In this document: positions 27,801-36,240 of the stretch, one piece after another
Layout of the letters: the number at the start of each line of letters is the position of its first letter
Numbering within the stretch: position 1 is the stretch's first letter
DNA from: an uncultured Luteolibacter sp.
Lineage (GTDB): Bacteria; Verrucomicrobiota; Verrucomicrobiia; Verrucomicrobiales; Akkermansiaceae
NCBI GenBank assembly: GCA_964569415.1
Contig: CAZMUK010000001.1
Coordinates: 16,481-80,480, forward strand
Direction: 5' to 3'
Length of the DNA stretch: 64,000 bases
Notes under the pieces: model-generated
Database searches by the model: none
Seen by the model: the letters and a program-made list of their open reading frames with translations, nothing else
Told to the model about the DNA's origin: nothing
Translations under genes and position numbers: made by a program

Positions 27801-29264
27801 GGTATGCCCGGTCCGTATCCGCGCGAGGATGGCGCACATTTTGACGAAACCGACGCGGTGGCGGCCCTTTTCGGGGATCGTGCCGAACCCGGCGTCATGA
27901 TTGATGTCGGAGCCCATCACGGGACCGCCCTCGCCCGGTTCCTCGACCGCGGCTGGCGGATCTGGGCCTTCGAGCCGGACGCGGAGAACAGGTCCCGCCT
28001 CGAGGAACATGTTCAGGGGCACTCCTTGGCTGCGAATGTGGTTCTCGACAGCCGTTGTGTAGGCAAGGAGGCGCGGACCGGACTTCCGTTCTACACCTCC
28101 GATGAGAGTACCGGGATCAGCGGCCTTTCCGCTTTCCGCGACAGTCATCGCGAGGCGCGCCGTGTCGACATGGTTTCCCTGACGGAGTTCTTCAAGGGGC
28201 GCGATATGCCTGTGGTGGATTTTCTCAAGATCGATACGGAGGGTCACGATCTTTTCGTACTTCAGGGATTCCCATGGGATCGCGACCGTCCTGCGGTGAT
28301 CGAGTGCGAGTTTGAGGACATCAAGACGGTTCCGCTCGGGTACACGATGCGGGACATGGCGGATTTTCTGGAGGGAAAAGGATACACGGTCTATGTGAGC
28401 GAGTGGCATCCGATCCTGCGCTACGGGCAGCGGCATGATTGGAACCGGTTGCGGAGATATCCGTGCGGCCTTTCTTGTCCGGACGCATGGGGCAACCTGC
28501 TTGCCTTTGCATCTCCGCCCTCCGAGGAAGCCGTGTGTGCTGCGATCCGCTCGGTACTCGGTTTCCATCGCCCGAAAGCGGGTTCCGGCTCCGCTGCGGT
28601 TACCCCGTGCGGGATTTGCGGGACCCTTCCGGTTTCGTTTGCAGCGACCCCCCATTTCGTTCGCGAGGGGGAAACCCTTTGGTCCGTGCACCTTGGTGAA
28701 TCTGCCGGAACTGCCTCGCTGACCCTTGATTTCGCGAAGCGCGGTGAAGGCGTGGTTCGTTGGGTCGGGTTGGTTCGCATCGAGGCGGATCGGGCGATCG
28801 CCGTCACTGTGTCCCTTGCGTGCGCCGGTCACCCGGGTGGTGCCGGTGGCATGCGCAAGGTCTTGCTGGCTCCCGATGTGCCGCAGACCCTGATGCTTGT
28901 CCACGAGGCAGCGGACGGGCACGCGGGTGCGGGCATTCGCTTGGAGACGGAGGCCGGCACCGGTCCGGATGTCCGGATTTCCCTCTCGGATGTCTGGGTT
29001 CTTCCGGTGCCATCCCGGGAGAAAGGGGGCGACGCACCGAATCATCCGGTGCGGCAAGGAAACCGGCATTTCCGGATGGCGAGATATGCCGAGAGTCTGA
29101 TGCATTACCTCGAGGCGAGGTGTGCACTGGGCATGAAGGCGATGGATTTCAACATCCGGCTTGCCCTTTCCCGTTTGGGAGTGACCGATACAGGGGAAGT
29201 TCGCAAGGTTCTCGCCGCAGTATCGCCGCCTCTCTCCCGCAAGAGTCCGGCTCTTCGGTCTTGA
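24876..29264 (+). CDS. Giant multi-domain glycosyltransferase: GT2, DUF115/GT42-like, GT-B (GT4-like), FkbM methyltransferase, C-terminal domain (1462 aa)
   Basis: MTVSIITPSFNQ/WLNSDD (GT2); DTCVVVGNGPSL..IGFDH (about 25950-26570); LSFANKLPECLASG (GT-B); MIDVGAHHG/LKIDTEGHD (FkbM). ATGA-coupled start at 24876. Confidence 0.88.
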   Translation: MTVSIITPSFNQAEFLPACLDSVARQTVRPLEHIVLDPGSTDGSREIAAACPGVTLIAEPDEGQADAVGKGFALARGEVIGWLNSDDQYASDDVLAAVLARFGGEDKPDIVYGTGSYIDEQGKVLRSAYVNGAPDTLADRLHREVGILQPAVFLRREAVLRLGPPSKDLSYCMDYEYWIRALKAGLRFAHIARPLALARYYPRNKTFGKRGESYHEVCRMLKGRFGYVPVEWLRRYAEFRVKGHDGILNYESGAGENTAIMDEVARLLHAFDNDHSALSLLGGEAVPRGAESTLAAMRDAGIPLRPVAREVDVDTKSLPGKVCYTVGARRWAFEKNWKEGAVARSAEEFRRIRKDRSSDTCVVVGNGPSLNLCDLSLLEGADVFISNYAFLKPELAARATYFSVVNHLVAEQGADHISLFRGARKFFPYWLRYCIADDPDAFFVNSVGYAEFSTDIFENISWRSTVTFFNLQLAYGLGYRKVLMIGFDHHYKQDPGVKEGDELFCREDDANHFDPGYFKNKLWQAADVGNMERMYLLAKTAFEADGREIVNCTVGGHLEVFRRGDLAAELAAAPTGAVSPRGGDEAELSMPRLLVIDSTPIGSVSATGQLKQTYLAGWPEDRLLQIWSGHGGAAILHALRPGETVEQSRLQPLDLDAVSDLCRAFGPEAVYFRPVDDSLLMSAAERIIAESRVPFAIHMMDDWPGRLRGGDPARFRVLDESLRRLISRASLRWSICDRMSEEYLERYGHGFEALANGADPTCFPAAKGPEERPRRRPFRLRYLGALARDMTFDSVMDIARAVADLQGEVAIEFDIHTMDWCRADAERICAGLAGVRVCGLVPWEEYHATLSDSDCVVIAYNFDPASIAYTRLSFANKLPECLASGAVLLAYGPGEVASIGYLRASGCACVVDARDPVLLKRSLAGLVGDPESCRLLAAKARDLAERCFSPEDVRGRFREGIARLARSSSPIRGLRGMPGPYPREDGAHFDETDAVAALFGDRAEPGVMIDVGAHHGTALARFLDRGWRIWAFEPDAENRSRLEEHVQGHSLAANVVLDSRCVGKEARTGLPFYTSDESTGISGLSAFRDSHREARRVDMVSLTEFFKGRDMPVVDFLKIDTEGHDLFVLQGFPWDRDRPAVIECEFEDIKTVPLGYTMRDMADFLEGKGYTVYVSEWHPILRYGQRHDWNRLRRYPCGLSCPDAWGNLLAFASPPSEEAVCAAIRSVLGFHRPKAGSGSAAVTPCGICGTLPVSFAATPHFVREGETLWSVHLGESAGTASLTLDFAKRGEGVVRWVGLVRIEADRAIAVTVSLACAGHPGGAGGMRKVLLAPDVPQTLMLVHEAADGHAGAGIRLETEAGTGPDVRISLSDVWVLPVPSREKGGDAPNHPVRQGNRHFRMARYAESLMHYLEARCALGMKAMDFNIRLALSRLGVTDTGEVRKVLAAVSPPLSRKSPALRS

Positions 29265-29298
29265 TCGTTGTACGGGGCTTCGCCTACAAGCGGGGGCG

Positions 29299-30762
29299 AT
29301 GACCACCCCGGATCCTGCAGTCCCTGTTTTTCAGATCAGCGGGAGCACCTATCGTCTGGTGTCGTGCTTTCATGATTCGCGTTCGTATCCCGGACTGGCG
29401 CCCGCCGCCGCCGCGGTCCGTCCCATGATGGCCGATCTCGGTTTTCCGACCGTGCATTGGGTGGATGGAAGGCACTACCTTGCCGACGGGCGCTGGAGGG
29501 ATGCCGCTCTGGAGCGCGCTGCGGAGCGCCTCGACCGGTTGGCGCAGACACGCCGGGGCGATACCTGTGTGGTGGTGGGAAACGGACCAAGCCTCAAGCA
29601 CGTGGACCTCGATCTCCTCGACGGATACGATGTGTTTCTCTCCAACTACGCCGCGACGGATCCCGTGCTGCGGTCCAAAGCGCGCTACTTGAGCGTGGTC
29701 AACCCGTTCGTCGCCGAACAGGACCCGCGGTTGTTTGACGAACTGGCTGGCCTTGTCCGGTTCTTTCCCTATTGGCTCAGGTACTGCCTCAAGGAGGATG
29801 AGGATGTGCTCTTCCTCAATGAAATCGGTGGAGAACCCTTCTTCAGCACCAATGTTTCACAAAAGGTTTCCGGACACTCTACGGTCACCCATTTCAACCT
29901 CCAGATCGCCTATTCGCTCGGGTACCGCAAGGTGGTGCTGATCGGGATCGACAATACCTACCACCAACCTGTCGAGGCAAAAGAGGGCGATGTGCTTACC
30001 TGCGAGGGTGACGATCCGAATCATTTCCGTCCGGACTATTTCCGGGGGAAAAAATGGCAGGCGGCGGATCCGTCTCGGATGGAGCTCGTGTACCGCCTGT
30101 GCCGGGATGCGTACGATGCCGATGGCAGGGAAATTGTCAATTGCACTGCGGGTGGGGCCCTCGAGGTCTATCGGCGGGGCGGACTGGCGCTTGAACTTCC
30201 GCGGAATCCGCCCCCTCCGGCATCTTCCCGGCCAACCGACAGACCCGGCATCGCGGCGGATCTGGATTGGGCCTCTTGGATGCGCAACCGTCATCGTGGC
30301 CAGTCCTGCTCGATCGTGGTTGACGCGCCACTGCCCGGGGAATGGTGGTGGACTTCGACGGATGCGGCGCTGAGTGTCGATCAAAGGGACCTCGGCTTCG
30401 AGTGTCCCTCGGTCCGGCCGCACTACCTACTGATGACCGATGCCGCGGTAATCCGGCAGTCGGCACCGGACATCCGCTTGCTTCGCTGCGTGAAGTTCCT
30501 TGCGTGCGCGGACGCTCCCCGGAGCCTTGCGGGAGATCCGCAGGCGCATGGCATTGATTCCTCTACCCTGCCGGATCCGCTTGGTTTGGGCCGGTGTTTT
30601 CCGGAAAGCGCCGATGCGAGACTGCTTCTCGCGCTCCGCTTGGCCGCGCATCTCGGCTTCGCGAGTTTGCGGGTTCCCGTTCGTTTCGAGCCGCTCTTTA
30701 CCGGGTGTGCCTCCTTGCGCGAGGCTTTGGCGGGCGGCGGCATCTCGTTGGCGTTTCGCTGA
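29299..30762 (+). CDS. DUF115 (MAF_flag10/MptE-like, GT42-like fold) domain protein with a degenerate second copy
   Basis: DTCVVVGNGPSL, SGHSTVTHFNLQIAYSLGYRKVVLIGIDN, NHFRPDYF, IVNCTAGGALEVYRRG, nearly colinear with the domain in the giant GT. Confidence 0.75.
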   Translation: MTTPDPAVPVFQISGSTYRLVSCFHDSRSYPGLAPAAAAVRPMMADLGFPTVHWVDGRHYLADGRWRDAALERAAERLDRLAQTRRGDTCVVVGNGPSLKHVDLDLLDGYDVFLSNYAATDPVLRSKARYLSVVNPFVAEQDPRLFDELAGLVRFFPYWLRYCLKEDEDVLFLNEIGGEPFFSTNVSQKVSGHSTVTHFNLQIAYSLGYRKVVLIGIDNTYHQPVEAKEGDVLTCEGDDPNHFRPDYFRGKKWQAADPSRMELVYRLCRDAYDADGREIVNCTAGGALEVYRRGGLALELPRNPPPPASSRPTDRPGIAADLDWASWMRNRHRGQSCSIVVDAPLPGEWWWTSTDAALSVDQRDLGFECPSVRPHYLLMTDAAVIRQSAPDIRLLRCVKFLACADAPRSLAGDPQAHGIDSSTLPDPLGLGRCFPESADARLLLALRLAAHLGFASLRVPVRFEPLFTGCASLREALAGGGISLAFR

Positions 30763-30780
30763 ATGCGGCCGCGAGCCGTT

Positions 30781-31716
30781 TCAACCCTCCAGCATGCCGC
30801 GCACCACCGGCCGGATCCAGTCCTGAAGCAGTTCGCCGCGCGAGAGTTCGGGAACCGCGTAGTACGGTTCAGCATCGTCGGGATCCGCCTCAAGAAACAG
30901 CCGTTTCCGGCCGAAGCGGGTTTTGGCAACCTTGCGGTTGGATGCTTCGAAGCGGCGCAGGATTTCCCTGCGTTCGGCAGGCGTGTAGAGCGTCTTGGCC
31001 GGAGTGGCATGGGTGCGCAGGCATTCGCGCAGGGCGCGGTTGATGCGGATCCGCATGCGCGGCGGAAGATCAAACAGCCCGAGATGCCGCGCCAAAGGCA
31101 GTGCGTGGACCGGCAGGCTCTCGTTGGCGCGCGGGATCGTGAAGTCGAGCCCCTCAGGTGCGATGTCTGCCCGTTGCACAAAATCACCGACTACATCCTC
31201 CACCTGCCCGGGTTCCACCACGGCTGCCTCCACCCGATGACGGCCGAGCACGCCCGACCACCGGTCCAGCAACGCGGCATAGTCGAGCCAATGGAAGTCG
31301 CCGATGCAGCCGAGGAACTCCCGGTGGTCCATCTGCGACATGTGTTTTGAGAAGGGCCACTTCACATGTTGGTTGTACCAGGACATCACCCAGTGGTCCT
31401 GACGGCGGAGGTAGAAGAACGCGCGGACCTCAAAGGAGCGAGTGAGGTCCTTGAGCCAGCGGAGGTCGGTAAGTGTGCAAAAATCCTCGGCGCTGAGGAT
31501 CACCGTATGGGTGGACGGGACCGCTTCGGCCCAATTTGCCACTTCCCTCGCACCTTCCCTCCGATCCGCGAGGTAGCCGATGAGTCCCTGATGGTTCCGT
31601 GCTTGCCCGGGGTAGGAAATCCCCTGGGCGGCAAGAGCAGCCCGGTTTCCCTCGAGGAAGGCCTGCAGGCTGGTGCTTCCCGTGCGGTGGATGCCGGCGT
31701 GAAGGAGGAGGCGCAT
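30781..31716 (-). CDS. Sulfotransferase-fold (P-loop) hypothetical protein, paralog 1
   Basis: LLLHAGIHRTGSTSLQ (5'-PSB-like), ILSAEDF, FYLRRQDHWVMSWYNQ. 311 aa from MRLL. Confidence 0.7.
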   Translation of the reverse strand: MRLLLHAGIHRTGSTSLQAFLEGNRAALAAQGISYPGQARNHQGLIGYLADRREGAREVANWAEAVPSTHTVILSAEDFCTLTDLRWLKDLTRSFEVRAFFYLRRQDHWVMSWYNQHVKWPFSKHMSQMDHREFLGCIGDFHWLDYAALLDRWSGVLGRHRVEAAVVEPGQVEDVVGDFVQRADIAPEGLDFTIPRANESLPVHALPLARHLGLFDLPPRMRIRINRALRECLRTHATPAKTLYTPAERREILRRFEASNRKVAKTRFGRKRLFLEADPDDAEPYYAVPELSRGELLQDWIRPVVRGMLEG

Positions 31717-31892
31717 GGGTCGTAGAGCCGGGGGTTCGGCGGGTTTCATTGCCGCCGCGGCGGCCGGCGGCAAGGAATTTCGGAGGCGGGCCCTCTTGCG
31801 GCACGGTTTGCGACCTACCGCTTGTGTCCGCCCCCGATTGCCTGCACACTCGCGGGGCCGCGGTTCCCACCACGCGGCACTCCGGCGGATTC

Positions 31893-32561
31893 ATGAAGAC
31901 GATCAAACACCTTGATGTGAGGATTCCCGTTTACGAGGACGTTTTCTCCCCCAATCTTCTCAAGTCGTTTGCCGATGGAAAGTACGAGCATCACGAGGCC
32001 CGGGAACTCGGACGCATCATCCAGCAGGACGAGCGCGTGCTCGAGATCGGGGCTGGGATCGGCTTCATCTCCACGATCGTGTCGCGCAATCCGCTGACTT
32101 CCTCGCTGCGGTGTTACGAGGCCAATCCGCGGTTGATTCCGGTCATCCGTGAGGTGCACGAGCTCAACGGCGTGCTCGGCGCGGAGGTGCGCAACGGTGT
32201 GCTCGGTCACGCAGGTGGTTCGGCGACATTCTACTTGCGCAAGGATTTCTGGGCCTCCTCGCTGAGCAAAGGGCCTTTCCCTTATCAGGAAACAGTCGAG
32301 GTACCGTGTTTCGATTTCAATCGTGAGATCCAGGAGTACCGGCCCACGCTCATCATCTGCGACATCGAGGGCGGCGAACTTGATCTCTTCGAGCAGTCGG
32401 TGCTCACCGGTGTGAAAAAAGTGTATGTGGAGGTCCACCAACGGGTGCTCGGACGGCGCGGGATGCTGCGGCTGTTCCAGGCAATGGGCGTGCGCGGCTT
32501 CCATTACGACCAGCACCATTCGTCCGGCAGCGTTGTCCTTTTCTCGCACGTGGCCCGCTGA
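31893..32561 (+). CDS. FkbM family methyltransferase
   Basis: VLEIGAGIG, YEANP, LIICDIEGGE. Start at MKTIK (31893). Confidence 0.85.
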   Translation: MKTIKHLDVRIPVYEDVFSPNLLKSFADGKYEHHEARELGRIIQQDERVLEIGAGIGFISTIVSRNPLTSSLRCYEANPRLIPVIREVHELNGVLGAEVRNGVLGHAGGSATFYLRKDFWASSLSKGPFPYQETVEVPCFDFNREIQEYRPTLIICDIEGGELDLFEQSVLTGVKKVYVEVHQRVLGRRGMLRLFQAMGVRGFHYDQHHSSGSVVLFSHVAR

Positions 32562-32577
32562 CGCGTCGCGTCTTGGA

Positions 32578-33513
32578 TCAGGGTTTCGCCAGCGCGTGGA
32601 TCAGGGGACGGATCCACTCGCGCAGCAGTTCCTCTGAGGAAAGCTCCGGAAAGTCGAAGTACGGATCCTGTGTTCCAGGGGGCGGTTCGTGAAACAACTC
32701 GGGCCGTCCGAGGAATTCCCGGGCGGCGAGATGGTTCGAGGCCTTGAACCGGGCGAGCAAGGCGTTTCGTTCCTGCGGAGAAAGAATCGTGTTTTCAGTG
32801 CTTTTTTTGGCGGTAAGGCTGCCGCGCAGGGCTGTGATCAGCCGGACTCTGGCCTTGCCGGACAGGTCATGAATGCCGAGGTGGCGGGCTACTTCGAGAA
32901 GGTGCACCGGAAGACTGTCGTTGAACCGGACCCCGGCCGGCTCCAACCCCTCGGCGGGCAGGCCTGCCCGTGTGATGAAGTCGGCGACGACATCCTCCAC
33001 CTGTCCCTGCTCCACAACCCCGACCGCCACGGCGTCCTTGCCGATGACATTGCTCCACCGGCGGAGCATCGTCGCGAAGTCGAGCCAGTGGAAATCCCCT
33101 ACTGCCGCGAGGAATTCCCCCTTGCTCATGCGCGACTTGTCGCGATCGAAGGGCCACTTGATGTGTTGGTTGTACCAGGACATCACCCAATGGTCTTGGC
33201 GGCGCAGGTAAAACACGGCCCGTACCTCGTGCTGCGCGGCAAGGGCCTCGAGCCAGGAAAGGTCCTGATGGATGCAGAAATCCTCGCCGCTGAGGACGAC
33301 AAGCCGGCTCGAGGCGCATGGATCCAGCAAAAGCCCGAGGCTTTCCGGATCAGCCGGATTCTTCCTGAGGGCCCAAGCGGCCTTCTGGTGGTTTGCCTCG
33401 CTGCCCGGATAGGCGATCCCGTGACCGGCAAGAGCCGTGCGGTTCCGGTGGAGGAACTGCTGCAGGCTGCTGGTTCCGGTGCGGTGAATCCCCGCGTGGA
33501 TGACGATCTTCAT
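32578..33513 (-). CDS. Sulfotransferase-fold (P-loop) hypothetical protein, paralog 2
   Basis: IVIHAGIHRTGTSSLQ, VLSGEDF, FYLRRQDHWVMSWYNQ. 311 aa. Confidence 0.7.
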   Translation of the reverse strand: MKIVIHAGIHRTGTSSLQQFLHRNRTALAGHGIAYPGSEANHQKAAWALRKNPADPESLGLLLDPCASSRLVVLSGEDFCIHQDLSWLEALAAQHEVRAVFYLRRQDHWVMSWYNQHIKWPFDRDKSRMSKGEFLAAVGDFHWLDFATMLRRWSNVIGKDAVAVGVVEQGQVEDVVADFITRAGLPAEGLEPAGVRFNDSLPVHLLEVARHLGIHDLSGKARVRLITALRGSLTAKKSTENTILSPQERNALLARFKASNHLAAREFLGRPELFHEPPPGTQDPYFDFPELSSEELLREWIRPLIHALAKP

Positions 33514-34319
33514 GCGCGCGTGCGGGCCCGTTCCCTGCCCGGGGGGCGGTAGTCGAAGGCCGAGTAGTCCTCACGATAGATCCTCGTCAGCAACTGCGCC
33601 GACTCGGCATTGAGAATTTCATCAAGCGTGAACGGAGAGCGGGGGCCTTCGTTGAAGCGCTGTGCGGTGATCGTGAGATCCTCCCAACCGGCTCTACGGA
33701 GGACGAACGACATGTCTTCGGCGAAGTTTTCAACCCTGCCGACGAAGCCGACGAGATCATGGAGGCGGGATGCAAGGATGCGTTTCGACTGCACCGCCCA
33801 GTGCGCATTCTCCGGAACCCGGGTCTTGCCCGAGAGGTTCTTGGAGACAAAGCGGAGGAACTGCCCAAATCCTGCCGCTACCTGCTCCCGGGTGACCTCT
33901 TGTTCTCCCAGCGGCGGGAGCGTGAAACCGTACGAACGGGCGAGTAGCTGGCGGACTCTCGGAAAGGCATACGGCCCGGTGGCCCAGACTTTCTCGACGA
34001 ATGCCGAGTAGGCGCGCGGAGAGGGGTCACGGACGAAGGTGAACACTATGTAAGGCCGATCGAAATGAGCGGTTCTACGGTATGCGGAGAACGCCTGCCC
34101 GCGCAAGAGGACATCATCGTAGCGGATTTGCCGGTGGATGGCGATCGGATCCCCGCTCCACGTCCCATGCTGGATGCGGTAAAGGATGTTCTTGATCGTG
34201 GTACACGCCGATTTCGGCATGTTGAAGTAGGCAATGGGAAGATTGGAAGGCGCCACCAAGGCGCTGGGCTTTTCGCCTTCGTGGCTCTGGTTTTCGGGTT
34301 GCTGCGGAGTCTGGCTCAT
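33510..34319 (-). CDS. Sulfotransferase family 2 protein
   Basis: YFNMPKSACTTIK (5'-PSB), FTFVRDPSPRAYSAF (3'-PB), HWAVQ, FVGRVENFAED, YREDYSAFDY. Confidence 0.85.
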   Translation of the reverse strand: MSQTPQQPENQSHEGEKPSALVAPSNLPIAYFNMPKSACTTIKNILYRIQHGTWSGDPIAIHRQIRYDDVLLRGQAFSAYRRTAHFDRPYIVFTFVRDPSPRAYSAFVEKVWATGPYAFPRVRQLLARSYGFTLPPLGEQEVTREQVAAGFGQFLRFVSKNLSGKTRVPENAHWAVQSKRILASRLHDLVGFVGRVENFAEDMSFVLRRAGWEDLTITAQRFNEGPRSPFTLDEILNAESAQLLTRIYREDYSAFDYRPPGRERARTRA

Positions 34320-34373
34320 CGTGGCGGAGGGGTCGTGAGTGGGAAGGGCGGCGCGACAGGCCGACCTATCGGA

Positions 34374-35099
34374 TCAACCGTTGTTGTGGCGAAGGACTCC
34401 GGCCGGGGCCTGATCCCGAAGGGATTCGTAGAGAGCGAGGTCGGGCGCGAAACGGGTCCTCAACCGGGCAAGGAGCGCCTCTGGCAGGGAGGCGATCTCC
34501 GCCGCCTCCTGCCCGCGTGGTCCAGCCGATTCCCCCCGGCGCAGCCATCGCCCCAGCCCCGCGCCCCCGCCTTTTCCCCCAGAGCGATTTGCGCGCGGAA
34601 TCCTGATCTCCTTTCCTGTTTTGCTCGAAAGGAAGGCGGCCAGCGAATCCATTTGGTCGAGGCGGAAGATCCGGTTGACCCCGATGGTTCCGTTGCCCAG
34701 TGTGACGAACTCGTATTGCGATCCCAGTCTTGCGAACTCCGGTTGCTCGGGATTCAGGTAGGCTTCCGCGAAATCCCGGAATGTAAGTCCCCCGGTGTGA
34801 TGAAGATGCTGCGGGTGGGAGCGGTCCGCCAGCTGCGCCCGGCTCCGGTACTGGTACCAACTGCGAAGCCAGTCGATCGGCTCGCGGATGATGCAGAAGG
34901 TCTCGATCTCGCCCGCCGGATCGGCCTTGTGGAGCAACGGGCGGATGTGGCTGTGGAATTTCCGCGCGCTGACATGCTTGAGGGAGGGATGCCCCGCCAG
35001 TCTTGCGTCCGCATAGGGCTTGAGCGCGCGCTCGACCGAGGTCGATCCGCATTTGGGCACGCAGAGGAAGGCAAACTTGTGTTTGACGCTGAGCAACAT
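34374..35099 (-). CDS. Sulfotransferase family 2 protein
   Basis: FLCVPKCGSTSVE, FCIIREPIDWLRSWY, FAPDLALY. Confidence 0.82.
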   Translation of the reverse strand: MLLSVKHKFAFLCVPKCGSTSVERALKPYADARLAGHPSLKHVSARKFHSHIRPLLHKADPAGEIETFCIIREPIDWLRSWYQYRSRAQLADRSHPQHLHHTGGLTFRDFAEAYLNPEQPEFARLGSQYEFVTLGNGTIGVNRIFRLDQMDSLAAFLSSKTGKEIRIPRANRSGGKGGGAGLGRWLRRGESAGPRGQEAAEIASLPEALLARLRTRFAPDLALYESLRDQAPAGVLRHNNG

Positions 35100-35118
35100 C
35101 AGGGGCTGGTGGTGGGAT

Positions 35119-36240
35119 TCAGGCTCCTTCGAAGACCGAGTGGGTCATGGCGCGGCCGACAAGGAAGACGAGGAAGCCGAGGACGAGGATCGTGGCCGTG
35201 GCGTACCAGCGGCGGGGCAGGGCTGCTTCTTCGGGCAGGAAGGGTTGTTGCACCACCGAGAAAAACCGCGACAGCGAAGCTGCTTCCATGCGGTTCTTCT
35301 CGAGCATGGCCTCCGAGCCGGTGCGCAGGCGGTTGGCGAAATCGAGTTTCAGCTGCAGTTCCTTGAACTCGAGCAGCACCTGATTGAGACGGTCGCGCTC
35401 GGGTCCGGAGAGTTTGGCCGTCTCGACATCGATGATTTCCTTGAGCGAGCGCAGGCGGCTGCTGAGGGTTGCGATGTTGGGGGATTCCGGAGAGTCGCGC
35501 TCGAGGGTAGCCAGTTCCGCGGTGCCGCGCAGGTGCTCGAGTTCGAGCGAGCGCAGGGCGGCGATACTGGATTCGATCTCCATGTCGGGCGCGATGAGGC
35601 GGTGGCGGTTCTGGAGTTCCAGCATTTCGCGGTTGAGTTCCGCCACGCGCTTCTGGGTGCGTTCCACCTCGCTGCGGACGAAGGACAATTGTTGATCGGC
35701 AATCTGGTGGTTTAGCTGGTTGATGTAGGCGCCGGCCCGTTCGAGGATGGTGGCGGCGATGCGGCAGGAGAGTTCCGGATCGAAGGTGTCCACTGAGAGC
35801 AAGGTGAGGCCGGTATCCTTGTCGAAGTGACCGTAGATGCGCTTGCGGTAAAACTCCAATCTGTCCTCGAGCGAAGCATTTGGCTCGAGGCGGAAGACGC
35901 GGTCTTTCACTGCGGAGCTGTAGTGCTCCTCGAGGTGGTACTCCTTTTCCAGCGGCAGCAGAAGATCGGAGGACGAGATGTAACCGATCACCAGCATGGA
36001 GTCCATGGTTCCCGAGTCCGAGAGGCCCGGGAGAGCGAGTTGGACGAGGCCGGAGTCGATGGTGGATCCGTCCTGACGCGAGATCTTGAACGAAGCTTTG
36101 GTGACGAAGCGGTCTTGGGCGAAGGCCCAGACATAGACAACTGCGGCGACGACGATGGCCGCGTATCCCAAAGCGAGCAGGCGCAGGAATAGGGCGAGCC
36201 AGCCTTGTTTCTTTTTCGTATGGATGTAGGTCGCGGTCAT
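35119..36240 (-). CDS. kpsE: Capsule export inner-membrane co-polymerase KpsE/CtrB (PCP-3)
   Basis: N-terminal TM, YISSSDLL, TGLTLLSVDTFDP, coiled coil, QQPFLPEEAALPRR before the C-terminal TM; directly downstream of kpsT. Confidence 0.9.
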   Translation of the reverse strand: MTATYIHTKKKQGWLALFLRLLALGYAAIVVAAVVYVWAFAQDRFVTKASFKISRQDGSTIDSGLVQLALPGLSDSGTMDSMLVIGYISSSDLLLPLEKEYHLEEHYSSAVKDRVFRLEPNASLEDRLEFYRKRIYGHFDKDTGLTLLSVDTFDPELSCRIAATILERAGAYINQLNHQIADQQLSFVRSEVERTQKRVAELNREMLELQNRHRLIAPDMEIESSIAALRSLELEHLRGTAELATLERDSPESPNIATLSSRLRSLKEIIDVETAKLSGPERDRLNQVLLEFKELQLKLDFANRLRTGSEAMLEKNRMEAASLSRFFSVVQQPFLPEEAALPRRWYATATILVLGFLVFLVGRAMTHSVFEGA

